Source of the DNA: Macrostomum lignano | Lineage: Eukaryota | Assembly (NCBI GenBank): GCA_002269645.1 | Contig: NIVC01004116.1 | Span: 1-59,900, forward strand | Length of the DNA stretch: 59,900 nucleotides | Direction: 5' to 3' | Shown here: piece after piece, positions 28,171 through 39,395 of the stretch | How the letters are laid out: every line of letters starts with the position of its first letter | Position numbering within the stretch: the first letter of the stretch is position 1 | Program-made: the position numbers and the translations under genes | The notes under the pieces: generated by a model | The model's input: the letters and a program-made list of their open reading frames with translations, nothing else | Database searches by the model: none | Told to the model about the DNA's origin: nothing

Positions 28171-29064
28171 GCCTTTACCTTTCTGTAATCTGTATATCAT
28201 AGTAGTGTCTGTCAGCCTTTCTGTCTTAGTACCTGTCTGTCTAATTCAATGCTTGTCTGTTGGCGTGCCTCAACGTCAAAATTAGCTATAGATGAGTAAT
28301 TAAGCACCTGGACGTCCGTGCCAGACGGAGAGCAAACTGGAACTCGGCAAATTTACTTCGATTCAAATGAGAGAAACAGAAATGTTAATCTACAGTTCTG
28401 CAGAGACAGAAGTCGAAGACAGCCAGCTTCTTAATTTAGTTCGCAGGGCAGCTGGCTGTCGCACGCGATCTCGCTGCATGGTTACAGGCGGGGACAGCAT
28501 GTCAGCGAGCGAAGGGTTTCCATTGGCTGATGGCTTTTCAGATAAAATACATAAGCTACTCTCTGCAGCCGAGCGCAGAGATTCCCGGCCAACTGAATGA
28601 ATCTTTCAATATTGTTTAGCATAGCAGGCGCTGCTCGAGTTTCCAAAATCGGATTGTCCAGCATTCCTCAGCTCTCTCGCGTCCCGGTGAGTTAAAGCGC
28701 GACTTTGGACACCGTGGGAACCTAGCGCGGTTCTGTTTAGAGTTTGCTAAATTATATTCAGAGTTAATGAGATACCGGCTCCTAAACAGGACTCCACCAA
28801 TGCCCACATGACCTGCCGTTGACTGTGTGTTTTCCAAGCAAGTCGGTGGGTAAGACAAGTGGTTCAGCTTTAGCGCGGCTTCTTGGGAAACTGTAAAGTC
28901 TGACGCAAACTGTTCTGTGTGCATTCAGATTCTTCTTATTTATGCAGGCTGCACTAAAGAATATGCAGCTGTTGTTAGTCCTGTGGCTTGGTTGCAGTTT
29001 CTAGCGAAAAATACTGCCATTTTTTTCACAGCAAGATGACGATCCAGCTGCCGGACGAATGCAG

Positions 29065-29065
<1 letters not shown>

Positions 29066-29137
<72 letters not shown>

Positions 29138-29421
29138 CTCTCCTCTATCTCTCTCCTCTCTCTCCTCTCTCTCTCTTTCTATCTCTCTCCCTCTCTCTCC
29201 CTCTCTCTCTCTCCCTCTATCTCTCTCTCTCTCTCTTTCTATCTCTCTCTCCCTCTCTCTCCCTCTCTCTCTCTCTCCCTCTATCTCTCTCTCTTTCTAT
29301 CTCTCTCTCCCTCTCTCTCCCTCTCTCTCTCTCCCTCTATCTCTCTCTCTCTCTCTCCCTCTATCTATCTCTCTCTCTTTCCTCTCTCTCTCCCCTCTCT
29401 CTCTCTTCGCTCTCTCTCTCT
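29066..29421. repeat. (CT)n microsatellite with degenerate 3' part
   Basis: Direct inspection. Confidence 0.9.
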
Positions 29422-29473
29422 GTGCCAGTCAGACTGCTGTTATTAAAGATTTAAGGAGATTCTATGATGCGCA

Positions 29474-29658
29474 TCAGTTGGATAGAGATAATTTAGATAG
29501 AGATCAGTTGGATAGAGATCAGTTGGATAGAGATCAGTTGGATAGAGATCAGTTGGATAGAGATCAGTTGGATAGAGATCAGTTGGATAGAGATCAGTTG
29601 GATAGAGATCAGGTGGATAGAGATCAGTTGGATAGACATCAGTTGGATAGAGATCAGC
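29474..29658. repeat. 15-bp minisatellite (AGATCAGTTGGATAG)
   Basis: Direct inspection. Confidence 0.9.
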
Positions 29659-30634
29659 TTTCCAGTTGGTTAGACAAAAATTGCATACAGAATTCACAAG
29701 TTGTCAAGTTCAACTCAGCAGCATTAAGAATTCCATTGTCACTGTCTCAATTAGTCCCAAATGTGCCTGGGCAGGCGGATGAGAGGAGCTCGGTCGGAGC
29801 AAGAGCTGCCGCTCCATAATCGGATTAATCCGCTGCTTCAGTCAAAAGCTGGCGCAGCAAAAGTAAATGCTTGAGAGCCCCCCCCCTGACAGCTCTGTGC
29901 TGTCTACGCATTCTAGCGTGCCATCACCTGCTAATTCTCGTGCGCCCCTCAAAGGCAAAAAGTCCTCTTAGAAACTCTAAACCCCTGACTGATGGGACAA
30001 TTTTCCCGCTTTCCCTCTTCACATCTCTTCCCATCGGCTCCGTGATTTGCCCACCAAACCCTCCGGGCCCCCTCGGAGCATAATTAAAGAAACCTACAAA
30101 GTAAATTGAGCCACCGTTTTGCCAGTTCGCGCGATATGGAAACCTGCTGAAAGAGAGAGAGAGGCTGAGAGAGAGTCAGGCAGACAGACAAGACTTCAAA
30201 TACTCTGATTGTATGCCGAAGATTGCCTACGCTTGTAATTCTTTTTCACAAAAAAATATGTGATGGCAAGCAATCAGCCAGTTAACCAATTGTCTACTGA
30301 AGGCTTTCCGAAGGTGAATGAATTGCTACAGTTCTCGGCCAGACAGAATTCTGCAGCTCCAGCATCCCTCAGCGTCTCCTATAGACTAAAGAAAGAAACA
30401 CAAGAAACGCAAGAAACGAAAGAAAGAAACGCAAGAAAAGCAAGCCGTGGATGCGATGCGCATCGAGAATCTCTTTTGCGCAAGTCTGAAACTTTGAAGA
30501 AGCTTCACTGATATTACACGTATCCTGCTTAATGCGCCTACGAGAAGATGTACGAGTGTAACATGACAAATGGTCCAACTTATGAATTTATATAATTTCA
30601 TCCGCGACAGGCTAACAACGCCCAGCAACTCAGG

Positions 30635-33600
30635 ATGATGGCGAACTTGCTGCTGTACACTTTGCTGCATCTGCTGGCGCTGCCGGTGCCTCCAGTTGCA
30701 TCTCGCACTTCTATGCTGACTGGCGCATACCGCATCGGTATTGCTGAGGAGCTGCCAGTTAATTCCATTGTGGCCAGTTTAAAGACTTACTTCGAGTCTC
30801 GCGGCAACTCTACAGCTGGCGGCCGGTTCAGCCTGATTCAACTGGACGGGCAGCAGTCCGCGTTCCGTGTGGACGAGCGCTCCGGCGATATCCGGACTGT
30901 GGAGCGGATCGACCGGGAGAAACTGGCGTGCAATAAGGGGGAGAAAGTGGCTTGCGTGTAAGGCCGCGTGACTGGGCCGTTTGTCTAGCCAATCTGTCTC
31001 TGTGTCTAGCCAATCTGCCTCTGTGTCTAGCCAATCTGCCTCTGTGTCTAGCCAATCTGCCTCTGTGTCTAGCCAATCTGCCTCTGTGTCTAGCCAATCT
31101 GTCTCTGTGTCTAGCCAATCTGCCTCTCTGCCTTGCCAATCTGCCTCTGTGTCTAGCCAATCTGCCTCTGTGTCTAGCCAATCTGCCTCTGTGTCTAGCC
31201 AATCTGTCTCTGTGTCTAGCCAATCTGCCTCTGTGTCTAGCCAATCTGCCTCTGTGTCTAGCCAATCTGCCTCTGTGTCTAGCCAATCTGTCTCTGTGTC
31301 TAGCCAATCTGCCTCTGTGTCTAGCCAATCTGCCTCTGTGTCTAGCCAATCTGCCTCTGTGTCTAGCCAATCTGCCTCTGTGTCTAGCCAATCTGCCTCT
31401 GTGTCTAGCCAATCTGCCTCTGTGTCTAGCCAATCTGCCTCTGTGTCTAGCCAATCTGCCTCTGTGTCTAGCCAATCTGCCTCTGTGTCTAGCCAATCTG
31501 CCTCTGTGTCTAGCCAATCTGCCTCTGTGTCTAGCCAATCTGCCTCTGTGTCTAGCCAAACTGCCCATGTGTCTAGCCAATCTGCCTCTGTGTCTAGCCA
31601 ATCTGTCTCTGTGTCTAGCCAATCTGCCTCTGTGTCTAGCCAATCTGCCTCTGTGTCTAGCCAAACTGCCCATGTGTCTAGCCAAACTGCCTCTGTGTCT
31701 AGCCAATCTGCCTCTGTGTCTAGCCAATCTGCCTCTGTGTCTAGCCAATCTGCCTCTGTGTCTAACCAATCTGCCTCTGTGTCTAGCCAATCTGCCTCTG
31801 TGTCTAGCCAAACTGCCTCTGTGTCTAGCCAAACTGTCTCTGTGTCTAGCCAAACTGCCTCTGTGTCTAGCCAATCTGCCTCTGTGTCTAGCCAATCTGC
31901 CTCTGTGTCTAGCCAATCTGCCTCTCTGCCTTGCCAATCTGCCTCTGTGTCTAGCCAATGTTCTGTGTCTAATCAAGCTGCCTTTCTCTGTCAAGCCAGT
32001 CTGCCGCATGACCCGCTGTCTTGCCAATTTTTCAGACAGTCTACCCAATCTACCAACTCTGACTAGACAGTCTGCAACACAGTCTACCCAACCTGCTATA
32101 TTGTCTCGCCAATATATCACTGTTTGTCCATTAAGTCTGCTAATTTATTTTGCAAATCGTTCTCTTCGATCTGCTTCCGTTCATCTTTTAAGTCAGCCTC
32201 CCCTCTCCAAAATACCCAGCTTCCACTTCCTGGCCTACCAAAACAACCGCATCGGTGTCAATACGTTCATCGAAATCTTCGACATCAACGACTGCGCCCC
32301 AGTCTGGAACGAAAGCGTCGTTCAGCTGCATTTCCGCGACGGCGACCCGGCCGGCGTGGCCGTGAAAGTCGCGGCAGCCTCGGACGACGACTGCGGCCGG
32401 AACGGCAGCCTCATCTACAAGCTGGACAACCGGGGCGCCGCCTTCTCCCTGAGGAATCGAAATGGACAGCTCGAGCTGGAGACCAACAGGCTCATCGACA
32501 GGGAAGAGTGCGAGTCATACAGCATGACCCTGTACGCTACGGACGGCGGCGAGCCGCCCCTCTCCGGCTCCGTGCAGCTGCTTGTCCTGGTCGCCGATAT
32601 CAACGATCACTCGCCGCAGTTCGCTGGCAGCCTGCTCTCGCCGCCGCGCCCGGTGTACGAAGACGAACCGGTCGGGTCGGTTGTCCTGCGGCTGAACGCG
32701 ACGGACCGAGACTCCGGCGCCAACGGCAAGGTGCTGTTCGAGTTCGCCAGCGTGACAGGCGAAGATCAAGAGCTGGCGATGCAGCATTTCAGTGTGGAAC
32801 CGGATGGTGACGTCATCATCAAGGAGAAGCTGGACTACGATACGATGGCGAAGAAGTACTTTATCTTCGAGGTGAGTGCTCTGTGCTCTGAAGGGGATCA
32901 GAGGAAAGGGATGTAGAGGAAGGCGGATGTAGATGAAGGCGGAAGTAGAGGGAAGGCGGAAGTAGAGGAAAGGTGGAAGTAGAGGGAAGGCGGAAGTTGA
33001 GGGAAGGCGGAAGTTGAGGGAAGGCGGAAGTTGAGGGAAGGCGGAAGTTGAGGGAAGGCGGAAGTTGAGGGAAGGCGGAAGTTGAGGGAAGGCGGAAGTT
33101 GAGGGAAGGCGGAAGTTGAGGGAAGGCGGAAGTTGAGGGAAGGCGGAAGTTGAGGGAAGGCGGAAGTTGAGGGAAGGCGGAAGTTGAGGGAAGGCGGAAG
33201 TAGAGGAAAGGCGGAAGTAGAGGAAAGACGGATGTAGAGGAAGGCGGATGTATCAGGCATTTGAGTGCGTAGCAACAGTTGAGCATAGATTAGAATCCCG
33301 TCTTCGCCATCCCACTGCGCAGGTAATCGCCCGAGACGACGCTGAAGGCGCTGAGAATCGCTTGAGTTCCACGGCCACAGTCAGCATTGCGGTGAATGAC
33401 AGACGGGACGAGCCGCCGGTAGTGCAGGTGTGCTTCCTGCCTAACAGTTGCAGTCAGTCGCCTTCGGCCTACCGAGTCAAAGAGGCTCAACCGCCGGGCT
33501 CTGCTGTAGCGCTGGTGCTGGTGAGAGATCCCGATGCCGGGGATCGAGTCAGCTGCTCGGTGGAAGCTGAGCCGAGCTCGATGCCATCCAAGCTGCAGTT

Positions 33601-36600
33601 TCCCTTCGTTCTGCTGAAGACACCTGGGGGCGGCGGGGTTGGAAGAGATGCGGAGGTAAGCTCAGAATGATCAGTGCTCACTGCTCAGAGTGATCAGTGC
33701 TCACTGCTCAGAGTGATCAGTGCTCACTGCTCAGAGTGATCAGTGCTCACTGCTCAGAGTGATCAGTGCTCACTGCTCAGAGTGATCAGTGCTCACTGCT
33801 CAGAGTGATCAGTGCTCACTGCTCAGAGTGATCAGTGCTCACTGCTCAGAGTGATCAGTGCTCACTGCTCAAAGTGATCAGTGCTTACTGCTCAGAGTGA
33901 TCAGTGCTTACTGCTCAAAGTGATCAATGCTCACTGCTCAGAGTGATCAGTGCTCACTGCTCAGAGTGCCTGGAGTACCCTCTTCTAACAGACAAATCTC
34001 ACAAGCCACTATGCCTGCAGTGTGATTTCAATCAAAATTTACGTTACATTTCAAAGAAACACTCTTTCTTACGAGTACGCAATAGACAAAAGGGGATTTT
34101 GATGTTCACTAGACATTAATCCCTTTTGCTTCTCACGCAAAGAGAGTGTTTTTATCGGCTGGATCGGTCTTAAGCCTGTAAGATTGCCATCTTTCTTTCG
34201 TATTTAAATTTCCTCTTTCAATTTCTGCGTGAGTGTCCTTGAGATATTTCCAGGTGTTACGTTCCCATAAATTAAAAATCGCAAAGAGTCGCTTTCAGCC
34301 CTTTGTCTCCCAACTACTTTATATGGGTTAGGCGGATTTATAATGATTCCATTTCAAACGGCCTGTGCGCGAGCACTTTCCCAACGCAGCAGTCATCCCC
34401 CATCTGGATCTTCGACCTCGTCACTAACCGGACCCTGGACCGGGAGAGCGAGTCGGTGCTCTGCTTCCGCATTGCCTGCCGCGACACCAGCGGACGCGTC
34501 GCCCATAAAACTTGCTGCGCCAAGGTCGAGGACGTCAACGACTCGCCGCCGGTGCCCGTTGAATCGCCGATCTCCGTCTGGGCGCCTGAAGGCGACATTG
34601 CGATGCGACCGCTGCTGACTCGCCTTAACAAGTACATCAGGGATGCCGACGAAGGTGAGGCGTTTCGGATTCGCTGTCGGCTTTTTCGTGTGCTCAGAGA
34701 GTCGCCTAAAACTTATTTTTCTGATCTTAAAGATGGCAATAAATGAACTCGGAGTACATCTATATTCCCCAAGCATGTCAAGCATTGAAGGCGGATGTAG
34801 AGGAAGGCGGATGTAGAGGAAGGCGGATGTAAAGGAAGGCGGATGTAGAGGTGTTACGTTTAATTGGTTCCCCGCCAATTCATCACACTTCTAAATTTTG
34901 AGGGGGGATCTTATTCAGACTAAAGGCTTCTCAGTGGCCCTTGTAATTAGTGGATCGTACAAGTATATGGAGCTACCGGACATTTCCCCTCCGGCGATTC
35001 CGGTTTCATCACCACGTCGATCAACGGCCTGCACGACGTGGAAGGCCCGCAACCAGCGGTTCCAGCGGGTGGCAGCTACAACCAGCACGCCTGGCTGGAG
35101 GTGCCCGTGGAGGACGCAGATCACCCACTGCTCACCTACCTGCACGGTTTTACCTATGCCTACCGCGCCCTGAACCAACTGCTGAACCAATTGAACCATC
35201 TTCCGTGCACCGAATCCAAAATTAACCGGAATCAAGCCTGGAGATTAAGGCGACGAGTGTCGGACGCGATACGAGCGATCTTATTGGCATCATGGCTTGA
35301 TGGACTGAGCTGAAATGCGTCCAACGGCAGGAAGTTAGGATACTGAGAATCAGCTGAGGCCTCTGAGGCCTACTGGACGATTCTTAGGGCGGCTTAAACA
35401 GTCCTTACTAAAAATCATTGGGTTAAGAAAGTTCTATGCAGATCCTCTAGAGAACGCATAAAGCTAAATGGGATTTCGCCCCAAGAAGCTTCTCCAGAGC
35501 ATACTAAATGCACTGGCGATGCGACAAACATGCGTTCCTTACCGGCCTCCAGATTATTTCTATGAAAACCGAGCGAAGCATCTCTCTACTTCAGTTGGCC
35601 AAAATGTTAATCTTCATCTCAATTAAAAAACTTCCTAGGCGTTAACGCAAAGCTGGCCTTCCAATTGGATCCCAACGACATAGCAGCAGCTGCCATCGTC
35701 AGCTTAGACATCGACACTGGACGCCTGACTCCGCGGATTGTCTTCGACCGGGAGCGACAGGATGCGTATAACTTCGCCGTGGTGGTCAAAGATCGCGGAC
35801 AGCCGCCGCTCAGCACCAGCATCAGCGTCTGGCTGCGCGTGTCCGACGTCAACGACAACACGCCGGTGTTTCTCAAGCCTGAGTACGTCTTCAACATCAG
35901 CGAGAATTGCCAGCCGCGCAGCTCCGTCGGCAGAGTTGAAGCTCTCGACGCCGACTCGGTCCAGACAGGCAATGGCCGAGTACTGTATCGGCTGGCACCA
36001 GCCGAGAGCTCCGGTCGGGTCGCCGATGTCGACGCTTTCAGCGTGGATAGGGACAGCGGCGAGATTTTGACGGCGTGAGTTTTCGGGACAGAGAATCTCA
36101 TTCTGCCCCCGGCCTGTCGAGTTGAGTGGCTGTGCGAAAAGACATCCATCCGCTCTTTGGATTCTTCTATCCGCTGTCATTCACCCGCTGCTACATTTTG
36201 ACCTTTTATATCCGCCTATTTGTATCCTCCCTCTACCACCTGCCCACCTGACCTCCACTACCCGCATCCATCGCCCCACCCCGCAGAGCCAATCTGGACA
36301 GGGAGACCCAGGCCGAATACTCATTTCACGTATTGGCTATCGACCAGCCAGCAATGGAAAGTGAGGCCAGCCTGACGGCCACCTGCTTAGTCCGAGTCCT
36401 GCTCGCCGACGTCAACGACAACGCGCCCCGGCTGGTGACCTCGCCGCCGCACTACCCGGCGGTGTTCCACCTGCGCCAGCGCGAGCCCGGCGTCCGAGTT
36501 GGCCGCGTCCGCGCCGAGGACGCCGACAACATTCAAGCCGACGCCTCGGCCGGCCTCGAATACGAGCTGGTGAACTCGGTGGAGCTCGGCCATCGGTTCA

Positions 36601-38962
36601 GCGTGGACCGCGCCTCCGGCCTGGTGCTGGTTGGCCAGTCGCTGCGCCGCGACACCGGTCAGGAGTTTCAGTTGCGTGTGCGCGCCTGCGACACCCGGCA
36701 GCTGCCGCGCCGCTGCTCCGCCGCCGGGCTCTACCGCGTTCTCGTGGAGACCGACGACGTTGCTGTCGTCGGAGTCGGAAATTGGAGAAGCATCTCAGAG
36801 AGCGACATCCGAAATCATCCGCAAGCTCAACCGCCGTCGCACGTTGGTGGCGGAGGCTTCGGCAGCGTTGGAGCCAGCGAGACGGTGATCGCCTGCCTGT
36901 CGGCCATGCTGCTGTTACTGGGCGCCGCAGTGGTGATCATCGTCTGCGTGCTGGTCAGGCGCAGGCCCGAGCACAAATGCCGGCGGTCATCAGACGTTGT
37001 TGAAGATGTCTTGGCGCCTGGAGCGGCTTTGGCAGCGGCATCGCTGTGCGATGGGGCTTCCTCACTGGATGCCGGGCAGTTTGGTGAGTGTCCAGGGCCT
37101 GATGGTGAGTGTCCAGGGCGTGATGATGAGTGTCCAGGGCCTGATGGTGAGTGTCCAGGGCATGATGATGAGTGTCCAGGGCCTGATGGTAAGTGTCCAG
37201 GGCGTGATAGTGAGTGTTCATGGCGTGATGGTGAGTGTTCATGTCGACGGATTGTAGCCTAGTGGTTAGATCGTCGGACTCACGACTGAAAGGTCGGGGG
37301 TTCGATTCTCGACCCACTCGGAACAATTGAGCAAGACACTTAACTCTACATTGCTTCAGTTCACCCATCTGTAAAATTGGTGCCAGCATTAGCTGGGGGT
37401 AATTGAGGCTGTGTGTGGCGACCCCCCCCCCGGTCTTTGGACTGAACAGCCGTACGCAGCCTTCAGATGCGCCGCGCAATAGCTGCGGTTGAGCTGTCGG
37501 TTGCACGTCTGCCCATTAGGACAGGTGTAGTTCATTAGTACTATTAATTATTATTATGGCATGATGGTGAGTGTCCAGGGCATGTCAGGCATGTACACTC
37601 TCTGTGCCTTGGAGGCTGGCCCGCATGGGTTTGGATCGCATGAAAATCCCCAATGTGGAATCGAACCAGACGAGTCTACCGCTGAGCTGCTTTGCCCCCC
37701 TCCCTCCAGTTCATGGCACGACGGCGCGTGTCCATGGATGGTAAGAATTCAGAACATGCTTATGGGAGCAGAAAAATGGTGACGAAAACATTGCAGAGAT
37801 GAACTCGATCAGCACCAAGATGATACCTGCGTTTCCTTACGATCGCGCAGTTACGGAAAGCTACCAGGACTACCCGGACTGGGCAGAGGTGATTTTCCTC
37901 CCTGTTGTTTTCATATTATTACAGCACTCAGACAAATAGTTTGCCCATTTCTTATCCCTGCAGGACGATTTCGATGCCTCCAAGTCCAACGGCATGCGCC
38001 TAAAATTACCTGGTACTGCAGTTTATACAGCTCACAGACGAGCCACAACTGACAGAAATGCGGGCAGTAGGTACTACACCACTAGTCCTGCTATTGGTGA
38101 GACTGGAATTTTAATAACACGTTTATATGTGGTGCTTAAATATATTTTCTATCAGACGTCATTCCAACAATAAGTAGTCACAGCTTGAGTCCCCTGTGAG
38201 TGATGTACGAGTACATGATTTATGATTCCTGTCTGACAGCTTGAGTCCCCTTAAGCTACTCAATTTACTTGTAAGGTTGTATTGTCGCAAAACAAACATT
38301 CTGCCTGCCAATAGAGTGCTATTTTTAGAGTAACAGTCTGACATGAGATCATTGCGTGATTCTCCCTGACTCACTTCCTCTTCTCTAATTTGCACGCTCT
38401 ATCATTGACATAGCTTCTTTCGGCTAGCAAGTTTCAAATAATGTTTTTTCGTCAGCCTAAGGAAGCAACTACTAGCGCCACTCGTAGTTTGTTGTTGATA
38501 GGGCAGTGAATATCGACTTTAGCAAGTGTTCAATACGCTGTGTACTTTAATACTGTGAAGCTCTTGTAAGTAAGAGTGAGTGAGAGAATTGACTACTTGC
38601 AAGTAGTTTAATGTAGGAAGAAGGCATAAAAAACTTTCTCTTTCTCAAAACTTTAACCGCGACGCTCTGCCTGCCCAGCAGGCTCGAATTCCGAGTACCA
38701 GTCGCTGGACGCGCCCAGGCTCCGTTTCCCCTGGCAACCAGTGGGCAGTGCCGAGGCCCCGGCCCGGCTGCTGCACCTCGGCGGACTTCGCGCCAATCCC
38801 GAACTAGCCGACTCTGGCGCCGCTGCAGGCTCCGCAACGCTACCAAGGAATTTCCGTCGCCGAGCTGACCACAACGACCAGGTGGACAAAACTGCCTCTG
38901 TGTACTTCCGGCTGGCCCGCCGAGGGCCGCTCTGTCCCTTCAATGAGGCCAGCTTTGTATGA
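30635..38962 (+). CDS. Non-clustered protocadherin (signal peptide, 7 EC repeats, TM, cytoplasmic tail), 9 coding exons, about 1085 aa
   Basis: Exons 30635-30957, 32220-32871, 33323-33655, 34390-34654, 35639-36074, 36287-37083, 37851-37888, 37964-38096, 38682-38962 (3258 nt, in phase). DRE, DxNDxxP and DxD Ca-binding motifs; Cys pair after the EC1 DRE; TM VIACLSAMLLLLGAAVVIIVCVLV; C-terminus ASFV. The three tail exons are less certain. Confidence 0.9.
30980..31960. repeat. 21-bp minisatellite (TCTAGCCAATCTGCCTCTGTG), about 46 copies, protocadherin intron 1
   Basis: Direct inspection; explains the LARHRGR, CLANLPL and SSQSASV ORFs. Confidence 0.93.
32908..33252. repeat. 16-17-bp purine-rich minisatellite (GGGAAGGCGGAAGTTGA), intron 2; related short array at 34787-34850
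   Basis: Direct inspection. Confidence 0.88.
33660..33966. repeat. 23-bp minisatellite (GCTCAGAGTGATCAGTGCTCACT), intron 3
   Basis: Begins about 5 nt after the donor at 33656; the unit contains an AGTGA...TCACT inverted pair. Confidence 0.9.
37082..37244 (+). repeat. 21-bp repeat containing copies of the exon 6 donor (GATG|GTGAGTGTCCAGGGCCT)
   Basis: GT donors at 37084, 37105, 37147, 37189 (GTAAGT), 37210, 37231; one more unit at 37558-37583 beyond the SINE. Confidence 0.9.
37249..37557 (+). mobile_element. Full-length tRNA-derived CORE-SINE
   Basis: Head GGATTGTAGCCTAGTGG (A box)...GGTTCGATTC (B box); core TTGAGCAAGACACTTAACTCT...GCTTCAGTTCACCCATCTGTAAAATTGG; (ATT)n tail; homologous to 2746-3075. 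Confidence 0.9.
37584..37710 (-). mobile_element. SINE family B 5' fragment
   Basis: Reverse complement AGCTCAGCGGTAGA (A box)...GGTTCGATTCC (B box)...GGCCAGCCTCCAAGGCACAGAGAGTGTACATGCCTGAC. Confidence 0.75.
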
Positions 38963-38998
38963 TACCCGCCTCGTGCTGGTGTTCTCAGAATTAGGGTA

Positions 38999-39395
38999 GT
39001 GCAACCCCACAGTCCTACCCCTGCCCAACCCCACAGTCCTACCCCTGCCCAACCCCACAGTCCTACCCCTGCCCAACCCCACAGTCCTACCCCTGCCCAA
39101 CCCCACAGTCCTACCCCTGCCCAACCCCACAGTCCTACCCCTGCCCAACCCCACAGTCCTACCCCTGCCCAACCCCACAGTCCTACCCCTGCCCAACCCC
39201 ACAGTCCTACCCCTGCCCAACCCCACAGTCCTACCCCTGCCCAACCCCACAGTCCTACCCCTGCCCAACCCCACAGTCCTACCCCTGCCCAACCCCACAG
39301 TCCTACCCCTGCCCAACCCCACAGTCCTACTCCTGCCCAACCTCACAGTCCTACCCCTGCCCAACCCCACAGTCCTACCCCTGCCCAACCCCACA
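38999..39395. repeat. 24-bp minisatellite (CAACCCCACAGTCCTACCCCTGCC), about 16 copies, just 3' of the protocadherin stop
   Basis: Direct inspection. Confidence 0.92.

Noticed and set aside
37249-37320. tRNA-like cloverleaf with A and B boxes (also at 51481, 56919 and 3000-3075)
   Set aside because: The acceptor stem is not closed, there is no oligo-T terminator, and the sequence continues into shared SINE body; these are SINE heads, not tRNA genes.
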